Of a stretch of DNA of 64,000 nucleotides, positions 25,724-36,600 are shown piece by piece. The notes beneath the pieces were generated by a model. That model made no database searches, had not been told where the DNA came from, and saw only the letters and a program-made list of their open reading frames with translations. Position 1 is the first letter of the stretch; each line of letters starts with the position of its first letter. Source of the DNA: an uncultured archaeon (GTDB lineage Archaea > Thermoproteota > Nitrososphaeria > Nitrososphaerales > Gagatemarchaeaceae); the NCBI GenBank assembly GCA_963817525.1, contig CAWFOU010000001.1, positions 384,001-448,000 of the forward strand. Direction: 5' to 3'. Position numbers and translations under genes: made by a program.

Positions 25724-26740
25724 TCAGGCGGAGGGGCTATACAGGGCGTCCACGAACGACGACGGGGACGGCAGCCTCAAGCCCGCCGCCTGGAGCTGGC
25801 TGATGACCGAGTGCGTCGAGAGCTCGACGGGATAGGAGTACTCGGACTCCACGCGCCTCAGCGTGGACGACTCTAGGCCCGATAGCGCTGCGTACGCGGA
25901 CGAGAAGGACCCCCTGCCCCTCTTGAACTCGTCCATGGCGGCGGAGTAGCACCTCGAGAGGTTCGAAAGGACGCGGTCGCCGAGGTGGTTCCCCGCGGCC
26001 GCGGCACAGCAGACATGCTCCGAGAGGTCCGAGTACCTCATTATCCTCCTCGCTCCCTTGGACTCGTACATGGAGGCGTAGGGTTCCCAGACAGCGCAGA
26101 CGTCGGCGGAGCCTGAGAAGAGGGCGCTCTCGATCTCGTGTGGGCTGTCCGCGTAGGAGATCGCCCCCACCTCGGGGATCGCGTGGCTGCTCTCCGCCGC
26201 CCTCATGAGCACCTCCATCGTGGACATCTTGGTGCACACCGCGCTCACGCCCTCCCGCCGCGCGCGGCTCTTCTTTGGGCTCCCCAGCACGCTCGAGCCG
26301 CCCGAGCCCGCCGGTCCGATTATCTTGAAGGGGGCGTCAAGCGAATGCATCACGAAAAGCGTGATGAGCGGCGCTATCCCGACGTCTATCCGGAGCATCG
26401 ACAGGTCGCGAGCCACCGCGACCCCGTTGTCGTAGATGCGGAAGTCCAGCTCGAAGCCTTTCTCTCTGAGGGTCCTTCTCAAGGGCACGAGGAACGGGTA
26501 CTCGGCCGCGCGGGTGAAGCCCAGTCGCAGCCTGCTGCGGGTCCGTGCCCGTCCGGCAGAGTACATTATCCTGGCATTCCTCCCCTCCCTCGTCCTCGTT
26601 ATCATCCTCCTCTCCTCTAGTCTGGAGAGGACCTCCGAAACCGTGGAGCGCGAGAAGCCCGTCGCCCTCATTAAGTCTGACTGGTAAGCTACTCCGTTCT
26701 TTCGGAGAATCTCCAGCGTCTCCACCTCCGCACGCCCCAT
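25724..26740 (-). CDS. Winged-HTH protein fused to a type-2 periplasmic-binding-protein-like (NMT1/SsuA-like) domain; probable transcription regulator
   Basis: QSDLMRATGFSRSTVSEVLSRLEERRMI HTH, then LRLGF...AVWEPY...CC; no signal peptide; ATG 26740. Confidence 0.8.
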   Translation of the reverse strand: MGRAEVETLEILRKNGVAYQSDLMRATGFSRSTVSEVLSRLEERRMITRTREGRNARIMYSAGRARTRSRLRLGFTRAAEYPFLVPLRRTLREKGFELDFRIYDNGVAVARDLSMLRIDVGIAPLITLFVMHSLDAPFKIIGPAGSGGSSVLGSPKKSRARREGVSAVCTKMSTMEVLMRAAESSHAIPEVGAISYADSPHEIESALFSGSADVCAVWEPYASMYESKGARRIMRYSDLSEHVCCAAAAGNHLGDRVLSNLSRCYSAAMDEFKRGRGSFSSAYAALSGLESSTLRRVESEYSYPVELSTHSVISQLQAAGLRLPSPSSFVDALYSPSA

Positions 26741-26774
26741 GGCGTAGTCCACGCTCCAACGTTTAATAAGATAT

Positions 26775-26790
26775 CCGAACACATGTTCGG
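26775..26790. promoter_or_regulatory. Palindromic operator candidate
   Basis: CCGAACA-CA-TGTTCGG just downstream of TATA-like TTTAATAA (26762-26769) in the divergent intergenic region. Confidence 0.6.
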
Positions 26791-26859
26791 CCTTGGAGAC
26801 CCGACGGGCATGGACTCGTTGCCTGCTCGGAACTCCTCCGACAACCAAGTGAACTTTCT

Positions 26860-28156
26860 TTGGAGAAGCTTGGCATAGAGCACGTGGAGGACGAGAAGAG
26901 GCACGGGTCACCGTTCAACACCTTCACCCTGTGGTTCGGGGCCAACCTCACAATCGCGGACTTTGCCCTGGGGTCTCTCTTCTTCGGGCTTCCCTTCTCG
27001 AGCATAGTCGTCGCCATAGTCGTGGGGAACGTCCTCGGGGGCCTCTTGCTCGGGCTCATGGCCTCCATGGGCCCCACCTTCGGCTACCCCCAGATGATGA
27101 TATCGCGGGCGGTCATGGGGAAGAGCGGGAACGTCCCCTTCGCGCTCGCGAACTGGATAAGCACCGTGGGTTGGTTCACCGTGAACATCATCCTGGGGGG
27201 CTACGCTCTGCAGCTGGCCTTCGGGCTGCCGTTCTTCGTCGGCGCGGGGATCATGGTCATCGTCGACGTAGCTCTCGCGACCTACGGGCACGACATCATC
27301 CACACCTTCGAGAAGATCATGTCTGTCGTCCTCGCGGTGATGTTCGGGGCCATCGCCGTCCTCGCGTACTTCAAGATGGGCGTCAACTTCTCCACCTATC
27401 AGGCCTCCGCCTCTTTCGGCCTCTACTTTTGGGCGCTCGTGGTCGCCGTCGTCTTCTCATACCTTATGAGCTGGTCGCCCTACGCCAGCGACTATTCCAG
27501 ATATCTCCCTCGGACCTCATCAAAGTGGAAGATCATGGCCTACACCATGGCCGGCGGGGCGATAGCCAGCGCGTGGGCGGAGTTTGCGGGTTTCTTCGTC
27601 TACGTAAGCGCCAACAACACCAGCCTCAACGCCATCGCCGCCCTCGCATCGGTCTCGGGAAGCTACCACGTCTTCGCCCTCGTCGCAATCGTTCTCGGTG
27701 CCATAGCTGCGGACGCCCTCAACCTCTACACCAACTCGCTCTCTGCCCTTGTCCTCTACAAGAAAGCGGGTCGGGTGCAGACGGTCCTCTTGGCGGGCGT
27801 CGTCGGATTCGTGCTCGCGCTTGCTGGCTCGTCGAACTTCGGCACATTCTATCAGAACTTCCTCTTGACTCTGGACTACTGGATCACGCCATGGATCGGC
27901 GTGGTGCTGGGGGCCTTCTTCGTCAAGAAAATCGCCTCGGGAGTGGAGAGCGCGCCGCCATTTCTCAAGACGGGCCTGGGAGCCTACGTCTTGGGACTCT
28001 TGGTCTCGGTGCCCTTCATGAACCTGTCCTCGTACGGGGTGAACTACGTCAGGGCCCATTGCGAACCTGATTGGCGGCGCTGACGTGAGCTACTTCGTCG
28101 CCGCGCTGGTGGCCTTCGCGGCCTATGCCCTCATCGCGCGGCGTCAGAAGACTTAA
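26860..28156 (+). CDS. Purine-cytosine permease (NCS1 family) with a frameshift near 28051
   Basis: LWFGAN, PQM, WSPYASDYSRY and NLYT motifs; the last TM (GPIANLIGGADVSYFVAAL...QKT*) lies in the shifted frame ending at 28156. Confidence 0.9.
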
Positions 28157-28195
28157 TTGCCCCGTCCGGACGCCGAGAAACCAGGCGCATTTGAG

Positions 28196-28540
28196 ATGGG
28201 CGGCACAAAGAAGAAATCACTAGCCTCGATGGAAAAGTCGCAGGACGATAACGCTAACTCCGCCGCTGGAGGAGGGGACCAGCCCGGAAAGAAGAAGGTC
28301 GAGAAGACCAAGGTGGTCGGCGAGCGTAAAAAAGTCGACGTGCTGATGCCGCGCATGAACGACCAGGAGCTCTTGAAGACCCTGACTTCGCTGAAGGCCA
28401 TCACAATCTACGGAGCCGCCAAGTCGCTCGCTGTAAACGCCGCCGTGGCAAAGAGCGTCATCTCGTCGCTCGAGTCCAAGGGCATGGTGAAGCGCGTCGG
28501 CGGCTTTAGCGGCCACTACGTCTGGACAGCCGCTTCCTGA
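28196..28540 (+). CDS. rps25e: 30S ribosomal protein S25e
   Basis: MGGTKKKSLASMEK basic N-terminus followed by a wHTH core (KAITIYGAAK..VNAAVAK..LESKG..VGGFSGHYVW). Confidence 0.8.
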   Translation: MGGTKKKSLASMEKSQDDNANSAAGGGDQPGKKKVEKTKVVGERKKVDVLMPRMNDQELLKTLTSLKAITIYGAAKSLAVNAAVAKSVISSLESKGMVKRVGGFSGHYVWTAAS

Positions 28541-28911
28541 GCCGACGCCGCAGATATCTGCACGACGTCTCCGGCTGTCGCGCTTTCAAGGACCTCCAGC
28601 CCTGCCTCTATCTTTCCGACTGGATTGAGGGGTCGCTCGCTCTTCACGTTCTTCAGAAATATGCAAATCGAGCCGGTCGCCGCCAAGAGGGCGACGTCGC
28701 CCCTCGAGAACTCCATCCTCTGCTTCTCCACCCCCGTCTTGATCGTCGTAAGCAAGATTATCATCCCCGGATAAATCGTCGCCCTCGACGCTGTCGGGAA
28801 CTCGTCGAGAAGCGCCGTCACCGTGACGGGTGCGAGGTGCCGATAGAGGCCAAGGGTGAAACCGCCCTTGCCCCTCACCGTCGCTGCGCACTCGATCTTC
28901 GAGACAGACAC
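28516..28911 (-). CDS. Cyclophilin-like fold protein
   Basis: HLAPVTV, GVEK..FSRGDVA..ICIF and NPVG pattern. Confidence 0.75.
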   Translation of the reverse strand: MSVSKIECAATVRGKGGFTLGLYRHLAPVTVTALLDEFPTASRATIYPGMIILLTTIKTGVEKQRMEFSRGDVALLAATGSICIFLKNVKSERPLNPVGKIEAGLEVLESATAGDVVQISAASAQEAAVQT

Positions 28912-29107
28912 GGGTCTTCTTCCCTTGGTGGTCGCCGGTCGGTATTTATGCCATCGTGACGCGGGTCTCCGCGTCGGGGGCGGGCGGCCCGTTGCGGCGT
29001 TAAGAGCATCCGAACAAAGTCCGAAGAAGGCGCTGGAAACTCCGAGTTTTCAGCAAGCACAAGACTTATCCGGCCCCCCAAATGGGCCTTGTAGTTCTGG
29101 GTTTTTC

Positions 29108-29404
29108 GTGGTCACTATCGCGGCATCTAAGGAGAAGAAGAGGGGAAAGAGGGCGGCAGAAGAGGGCTTTGAGATTCTTATCGGCCCGCAGAAGCTGACC
29201 AGGTTCGAAAGGGCCAGGATTGTGGGCGCCAGGTCGCTCCAGCTCGCGATGGGCGCACCCTCGTTCGTCCCCAGCGACGAGACGATACGCGACTCCATCG
29301 CCCTCGCCATGGTCGAGCTCGCGAGCGAAGCGCTCCCGATATCGATAAGGCGCTCTCTGCCCAACGGGCATTCGCAAGACATCCCGATAAAGTACCTGCT
29401 GTGA
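29108..29404 (+). CDS. rpoK: DNA-directed RNA polymerase subunit K/Rpo6
   Basis: LTRFERARIVGARSLQLAMGAP and LPISIRR; start uncertain. Confidence 0.95.
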   Translation: MVTIAASKEKKRGKRAAEEGFEILIGPQKLTRFERARIVGARSLQLAMGAPSFVPSDETIRDSIALAMVELASEALPISIRRSLPNGHSQDIPIKYLL

Positions 29405-29496
29405 GACGCGCGCCCACCGGGCCTGCAGCACCCCACATCATCTACAATCTTTTCTTCGGTATGCATAAATAGTCAAAGGAGGGAGAGCCGGCTACA

Positions 29497-29859
29497 ATGT
29501 CAGCCAAACCAAGCATGAAGAGACAACCCAGAGCCACCGTCGAGGAGAAGACTGAATCTCCAACCGAAGAAGTCCGAACGTTCTCGGGGCCATCTAACCA
29601 CATCTACGTTGGTAAGAAACCAGTGATGAGCTATGCGATGTCGGCGCTCATCCAGCTCTCGCAAGCAGGAGAGGTCAACATAAAGGCAAGGGGCCTCGCA
29701 ATCAGCAGAGCAGTCGATGTGGCGGAGATCGTCACAAAGCGACTAGGCAACGGCACCTTCACCGTGAAGAACGTCAACATCAGCACGGAGCAGGTGAAGA
29801 GCACCGAGACCGGTGAGATGCGCAACGTCTCCTCGATCGAGATACTCGTAGGCAAGTAA
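29497..29859 (+). CDS. albA: DNA/RNA-binding protein Alba
   Basis: IYVGKKPVMSY, IKARGLAISRAVDVAEI and VSSIEI. Confidence 0.97.
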   Translation: MSAKPSMKRQPRATVEEKTESPTEEVRTFSGPSNHIYVGKKPVMSYAMSALIQLSQAGEVNIKARGLAISRAVDVAEIVTKRLGNGTFTVKNVNISTEQVKSTETGEMRNVSSIEILVGK

Positions 29860-30471
29860 CTAACTCAGCTTAGAGTAGCCGAAAGTTCCGAAAAGCCAAT
29901 CGCCTCTTCAGGCATATTCACTTGCGGCCTAGCGTGGGCTGTAATGCTCGAAGCGCCTCTTTCCGGCCCTACGTGTCGGAGGGCGTGAGCACGCGGGACA
30001 TGCGGCGAGGAAGGTAGGGCGGCGCGGTAGAGGCTAGATTCTCCGGGTCGTCACGATGACGTCGATGCGGCTGACGCACCTCCGGATTTTCGCACTGCGC
30101 CGGCGCGCTTGAATGCCGGATCCTCGCAATTCTCCCTCGCGAGCCCTTCAGCGAACCCGTTCAAATCGTCGAGGCTTTCTCGACGCGACGCGCGGATCAA
30201 GACACGTTCATCTTTTGACGGGACAAACCTTTTGCGCGCGCGGCCTGCAGCGGCTGGGGACCATAGTCGAACGCGTCGGCGATCATAATCGGTTTGGAAG
30301 AATTTTGGCTGCGAGTTCTCGCAGGCCCAGAATAATTTTTTGGTTGGCGTTCGGAAACTATTTTTCCATTATAGATTTGAAATTCTTTTTTCGAGAAAAA
30401 AATCTGTGCGAGAAATTTTTTTTGCCATATCTTTTTAAGCGAATTGAAAAAGGGATTGACTATCAACAAAA

Positions 30472-31809
30472 TTGCCTGAAAATCGGGCGCAACCGGTGTC
30501 GCGAATGCGGAATGCGACACCCAAGTTCTCTGACCAAGAATTATTCCATCTGGCAGAGAAATTTGGAACACCATACTTTCTCATAGACGAGACGGCACTG
30601 CGGAAAAATGTCAGCGAGCTAGAGCAGGCATACCAAAAGTTCAAGGGACCGTTCCGCATGGCTTACTCGATAAAGGCCAACCACAACCCTAGCGTGATCA
30701 AGACCTTCGTCTCCGAGGGGATCATGTTCGACCTCACAGCCAGCAACGAGCTATACTTCCTTCTAAAGTGCGGAGGATCCGCGGAGAACGTGATCTACAC
30801 GAGCATCACCGAGACGTTGGCGGAGTACAAACAGATCCTGAAGTTCGGCGTGCGCAAGATCGTCGTTTCGAGCTACAACGGGCTCCTGAACCTGATAGAA
30901 GCGAAGACGGCGGTCGGCGATGAGGTGGAAGTCCTGGTCCGCGTCAATCCAGAGGTGAGCGTAAAGGCCGAGCTCAGGTTCTCCATAAAGCACGGAAAGT
31001 TCGGCGTCCCTCTAGACTCGGCGAACGAGGACAGCGCGATGCACCTGCTCAGGAAGATACTCTCCACTCCGGGTCTTAGCTTCGAAGGGTTCCACTTCCA
31101 CCTCGGGAGCCAGATAGACGACCCTTCGTGCTTCACCGTCGCGCTAGAGAAGCTGGAGAGCTTCATAATGGGTGCGCGACGAGAGCTGGGAGATTTTCCA
31201 ATTCGGACGATAGACGTAGGGGGCGGCCTTCCAGCGGCCTACGGGAAGATCGTCCCGACCGCGTCCGACTTCTCCGCGCAAATCCTAGAGCAGCTAAACA
31301 GCATTGTCGAGCGCTTGGGCAAGAAGTTCACGCTCATCGTCGAGAGCGGGAGGTTCCTCTCAGCGGAGTCCACCATCCTGGTGTCTCGCATAGTCAACGT
31401 CAAGAAGTTCGACGAGACGAAGTACGTCTACCTCGACACGGGCTACCACAATCTCCTCGACTCGGCGCTTCTAAAGCACGAGTACCCAGTCGAGGTCGTC
31501 CCGGGCGGGACGCACACCCCGAGGAAGAGCATATTGTCGGGTAGGCTCTGCGACGCCCTCGACATCTTTCCAACATCTTCGAGGTCCAAACTCGGGGGCG
31601 CCGAGCCTGGCAAGCTCGTGGTCTTCAGGGACGTGGGCGCGTACTCGTTCGTCCTCGGCTCGCAATTCCATTGCCAGCCCAAGCCCTACATCCTGATGCG
31701 CACGACCCAGGGGAACCACATGGTCGTCCGCAAGGGCCAAAACATCGACGACCTGTTCAGAGAGGAAGGCGGCGAGCTCCCCACCAAGTTCTCCAACACG
31801 CGGCACTAG
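30472..31809 (+). CDS. lysA: PLP-dependent fold-type-III decarboxylase (diaminopimelate/ornithine decarboxylase family)
   Basis: YSIKAN, KFG, HFHLGSQ, DVGGG, ESGR, GRLCDALD and GAY; substrate not certain. Confidence 0.8.
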   Translation: MPENRAQPVSRMRNATPKFSDQELFHLAEKFGTPYFLIDETALRKNVSELEQAYQKFKGPFRMAYSIKANHNPSVIKTFVSEGIMFDLTASNELYFLLKCGGSAENVIYTSITETLAEYKQILKFGVRKIVVSSYNGLLNLIEAKTAVGDEVEVLVRVNPEVSVKAELRFSIKHGKFGVPLDSANEDSAMHLLRKILSTPGLSFEGFHFHLGSQIDDPSCFTVALEKLESFIMGARRELGDFPIRTIDVGGGLPAAYGKIVPTASDFSAQILEQLNSIVERLGKKFTLIVESGRFLSAESTILVSRIVNVKKFDETKYVYLDTGYHNLLDSALLKHEYPVEVVPGGTHTPRKSILSGRLCDALDIFPTSSRSKLGGAEPGKLVVFRDVGAYSFVLGSQFHCQPKPYILMRTTQGNHMVVRKGQNIDDLFREEGGELPTKFSNTRH

Positions 31810-31842
31810 ACTCGAGGCAGTTTCGCGTTCTCGCTCCGTCCG

Positions 31843-33087
31843 CTAGCCCGATGCGAGGATCTTTCTCAGCACAGTCCTGCCGGCGAGCGTTCCCATCGAG
31901 CCCAGTTTGGCGTCCCTCTCCGTGAACCTGCAGGAGCTCGCGTCCTTGGCGGTCCTCTTCCCGGTCACGAGGAGCGGCACGGGGTCGGCCGAGTGCATCT
32001 TGAGGACGCAGGGGGTGGCGTGGTCGCAAGAGACCGCGAGCGTCGTCCCGTCGGCGGGCATCTCCCTTATCGCGCCGAAGAACTCCTTGTCGATTGTCTC
32101 GATGTTCTTCCTCTTCCCCGGGGCGTCGCCGTCGTGCCCGAACTCGTCAGGGCCCTTGATGTGCGCGTAGACCACAGTACCCTCTCTCGCCTCCCTCTTG
32201 AACAGCTTCGCCTTGCCAGCGAGGTCTGCAGGGTCGTCCACCTTCACCATCGTCATCTTGAGCAGCATTGCGATCCCTACCTCCGCGGGCATCTCCACCA
32301 GGGCGACTCCCCTGTAGTGGTGCTTCTCCTCGAACGACGGGAGCTTGGGTATCGAGGACCCCGCATCCCTGAATAGCAGCATGTTCGCAGCTTTCTTCCC
32401 CACCCTCCTCCTCTCCTGGTTCACCTTGGCCTCGTCGAGGATCTTCATCGCCTGGGTGGAGAACGCGTTCACCAGCTCCGCGGCCCTCTTTGCTGCCCCG
32501 CTCTTGTCGAGGGGCTTGCACCTCTGGATGACCTCCACGTCTTTCGCCTTGGTCGCGGCTCCGAACCCCTTCACCCTGATGTATCCGGGGTCGGTGTTAG
32601 AGATCTCCGCAGAGAGGGGCGTGTTCGCCCTTATCACCAAGACAGCCCTGTGGCCTATCGTGCTCCTAAACTCGAACTCGGCGTCGGGGAGCCTCACCTT
32701 CTCCAGCTCCTCCTGCAGGGTCTGCGAGTCGTAGGGCGTCATGTCCCTCCCGGCGCGCCTGTCTGTGATCTTCCCGCCCGAGGTGGTCGCGAAGTTCGCC
32801 CTGAGCGCAAGGTCCCCGTCCTTCACCTCTAACCCGGCGCCGATGGACTCGACGACGCCCCTGCCTGGGTATCCCTTGTCGAACGAGTACCCCAGCATGT
32901 TGAAGACCGCGATGTCTGACTCAGGAGATATCCCCCTGCCGACCGTGATGACCCTACCCAGCCTCCCCTTGCGCGCTATGCTGTCGAGGTTGGGGGTGTT
33001 CGCCACCTCGAGGGGGGTCGAGTAGTTGAGGGAGGGGACGGACCTGTCGCTGCTGCCGTCGAGTAGGATGTAGCCTACCTTCTTCAC
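31843..33087 (-). CDS. apgM: 2,3-bisphosphoglycerate-independent phosphoglycerate mutase, archaeal type
   Basis: TPLEVANTPNLD, PESD, GRG, DRRAGR, KGPDEFGHDGD and DHATP. Confidence 0.95.
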   Translation of the reverse strand: MKKVGYILLDGSSDRSVPSLNYSTPLEVANTPNLDSIARKGRLGRVITVGRGISPESDIAVFNMLGYSFDKGYPGRGVVESIGAGLEVKDGDLALRANFATTSGGKITDRRAGRDMTPYDSQTLQEELEKVRLPDAEFEFRSTIGHRAVLVIRANTPLSAEISNTDPGYIRVKGFGAATKAKDVEVIQRCKPLDKSGAAKRAAELVNAFSTQAMKILDEAKVNQERRRVGKKAANMLLFRDAGSSIPKLPSFEEKHHYRGVALVEMPAEVGIAMLLKMTMVKVDDPADLAGKAKLFKREAREGTVVYAHIKGPDEFGHDGDAPGKRKNIETIDKEFFGAIREMPADGTTLAVSCDHATPCVLKMHSADPVPLLVTGKRTAKDASSCRFTERDAKLGSMGTLAGRTVLRKILASG

Positions 33088-33664
33088 TTCAGATTCGCAC
33101 CCGTCGAAGTCTTCCGTTCAATGACCGTGCCTGCCTTTCGCGGCGTATTTATGCCGAATAAAACCTTGCATCGTCCAGGGTTGGGCTCGGAATCGAGCGG
33201 ACGAGCGCCGGGCGGGGTCCAGCATTGGCGGACGAGCGAAAACTGCCATCGAAAGGCAAAATGACGCTCCCCGCAGCCCCCATTTCGCGGATTGGCCTAA
33301 TTTGGCGCGTGTTTGCCGATTTCGTGAACCCGTGGCCAATTCTATATGTTTAAAGTGCATTTGGCTTTTATTCGGCTTTTCGAGCGGTCTATCCAGGTGT
33401 TTCTGAGACGTCGACGGCAAAGGGGCGGAGCCACGGTCAGTCATGGGAAACGGAGGAGCTTTGACCTGGCCCTCGGACTATGTGCGAGTTTGTCGTAAGA
33501 CAAGCTGCTTAGTCGTCCCGGAAAGTCTCTCCCAGACTCTCGGTTTCATCAAAGATAAAGGTCGGCGAGCCCGGCGTAGCACTCTCCTAGGCGAGGGTAC
33601 GGAGACAGTCACGAACCTTGGCGGCTCCAGGACGTGCCCATGCACCTTCGAGTTGAAAATATAG

Positions 33665-36600
33665 ATGCGCACCCATGTCACGCGGTCCGGACTCGTCAAG
33701 ATGGCCGTTCTATGCGCCATCCTCTTCGTTCTGCCGAGTCTGTTCCCAGGGCCGCTCGCCGGTGCCACCTTGGCGGCACCTGCCGCCGCCGCGCAAGCCG
33801 CGAACTCCCAGGTTCCGGAAGCCACGAGCGCAGGTCATGGTCCCAGCCCAACTCTCGCGCGGACCGAAGCGCCACCGGCTTCCCCTCGCGTCGCAGACGC
33901 AAGTGCACCCGCGACGGACTACGGTCAGTCCTCGGGGGACCCGATTTACTATTTCACCACCACAGCCGCGTCTGGCAAGCTGTACGACATGAAGACGACC
34001 GGAGTGGCGGGTGCAACCACCATACAGGACCTAGTCCCCTCAGTGGACGGCACTCCGGGGTCGGGGACCACCACGACCGCTTCTCTCTCAATCGGGTCGT
34101 TCGCGACCACAAGTTATCCGGACGTCGTCATCTTGTGGGTCGTCACATATCTATCAGGTTCGTCTGTAACGGTCTCAACGTCAACACCCCCCGCGGCGAC
34201 GGGGGTGACATTCCAGAGTACCCCCAGGGCGAGCCTCGTCTCTTGCTCCTCTACCGGGGCTGACGAGACAACCGAGACCGAATGGTGGGGCACGACGACC
34301 GCTGCGATCACCTCAGAGTCTGTAGCGGTAACGCTGAGCGCGGCTCCTATTCACGCGATCGGGTATGCGATAGCCTTCAAGGGTGTGGACGTCGCGTCTC
34401 CCTTCGACTCGCACACGGGCCTTCCCGCCACCGGGGTGTCCGCGACCTGCGGAACGGCCGCAGACCCGACGGCGACCGGACTGGAGACTTCCAACAGCGA
34501 CGACTTGATCGTCAACTTCTTCGGGGGAAACACGGCGGCTGAGACCTCTGGGACGATCGCCGGTTCGACCGCCACATCGATTGACGATGCCTCTCACGCT
34601 GACTACTCAATTGCGGCTGAATCGCTAGTGATGACTAGCGCGGAGTCATCGTCCCAATCCTGCGTCTTCAGTGCGGCGACCTCGACTTTCTTTGGGGACG
34701 TCTGTGACGCCTTGGTCGCCGCGCCCACGCCAACCTACGCTGTAGTCCCAGACGCCACCACCTCGGTCATCGGGGCGCCATCCGAATCGACGCCTTCGAA
34801 CGACGGGTGGGAGACGACCACGTTGAGCGGTGCGTCCATCCTCAGCAGCCCATGGACCTTCGACCTGACCACCACCGCGAGCGCTGCATCCGGGACCGCT
34901 TACGTTTGGGTAACCGTATGGAATTGCACGTCGAGCTCTGGCGGTTGCACCTTCCTCTTCAAGAACTATGATAACTCGACGAACATCTTGGCCACCACGG
35001 CCCTCACCACGAACTCCTATACCACGGGAACTGAAGGGCCTTTCTATAACGTTGATTTTCTGCGCGTCGAATTCTGGATAGTCTACGCCAGCGTAGGCAC
35101 GTCCACAGCGTCGACGATCACAGAGACATCGGCCGTCTCATCAGACTCTGAGGTCGTGGTCCCGACGCTCGGAGCCTCCTGGCCGATCACAGTCGCGACT
35201 CCCACCGGAGGGGCGGCATTCCCCTACACCATGAGCGGGTGCACCGTGTCCCCAACCTCGGGGACCTCCGGTTCCACGCCAACGGACTTTACCGCGAGCG
35301 CCTCGTGCGCCCTCACCATGACGATGCCCACGGCGGGTTCCAATACGCGGTACGTCTTCGCCTCGAGCGCATCTACGTACTCCACCGTGGCCACCTGCAC
35401 GACGCTTTGCACCAACCCGTCGCCTTCTGACTACTACCAGCTTGGCAACACCTTCGAGATATCGGCTAACGCCCAGACTGACTTTGACACAGGGATGACC
35501 GCCCTGACGATCAAGGGGACGGTGGATGGGGTCGCGAGCACTACGATCTGCACCATCACGGTCACCGCGGCGACGAGCGACAATTGCAGCACGAACCCCG
35601 CGTGGTCTGATTATGACACGGCAGTGACTGGCTTTACGAACCCGATCTCTGGGGCGCCCGCGCATTCTCAGTGGGAAGCGTCTACCACGTGCACCTACAC
35701 GTTTACATCCTATAGCACGGGTGATTGTCAGTACTACAAGCAGTGGGAGTTCGAACTCTACTATACGATCGAGGACGCTGGCACAGGCTACTCGCCACCG
35801 GTGCTCACCTCCACCCAGTACGGCTCATCGTACACCCCATCTCTGGGCACGACCAGTGGCACCGCGTACTGGCTGGACAACGGCGCGACTTGGGGCATAA
35901 CCAACCCCCTCAGCGGGTCAACAGGGACCGAGCAATGGGATAGTGATACCATAACCTCCTTCTCGGGGACTGTTTCGTCCACATCGCCCATCACGGCAGG
36001 CACTACGGCCAAGGACCTCCTCTATTACAACCAATACCCCCAGACTCTGAGCTACTCGGTCGTCGATGGAGGCGCACCGTCCGCTCCGACTGCCACGGGC
36101 ACTTCTCTCGGAGCGGCGTATGCGCCCACGCTGACCCAGACCGCCATGGCGTATTGGTTCGATGCCTCCGGCTCCATCGCGTTCAGCACGCCGACCGGCA
36201 CCAACGAGCAGTGGGCGCCAAGCCCGCCGAGCGTGTCCGCGACCTCTTCGAACACCCAGGTCGTGGGCATGTACAACCAGTACAAGCACACCCTTTCGTA
36301 CGCGGTCGTCGACGGAGGTTCGCCCAGCGCCTCTACGGCCTCGGGCACGTCGCTCGGCAGCTCCTACATTCCGACCCTCACCACGACCGCCACGGCGTAT
36401 TGGTTCGACGTTTCAGGCTCTATCACAGTCAGCACGCCGACCAACGGGGCGAGCGAAAGGTGGTCCCCGTCTCCTAGCAGCGTCTCAGCGACTACATCGA
36501 ATACTCAGGTCTTCAGCCTATACAACCAGTACTCCCAGATCCTCTCGTACAACGTGAACGACGGAGGGTCGGGGTACAGCGCCCCCTCTACACTCGGAGG

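Noticed and set aside
30113-30586. ORFs on either strand of the AT-rich spacer; also considered as oriC
   Set aside because: Atypical composition and no recognisable motifs; no ORB repeats or adjacent cdc6/orc1.
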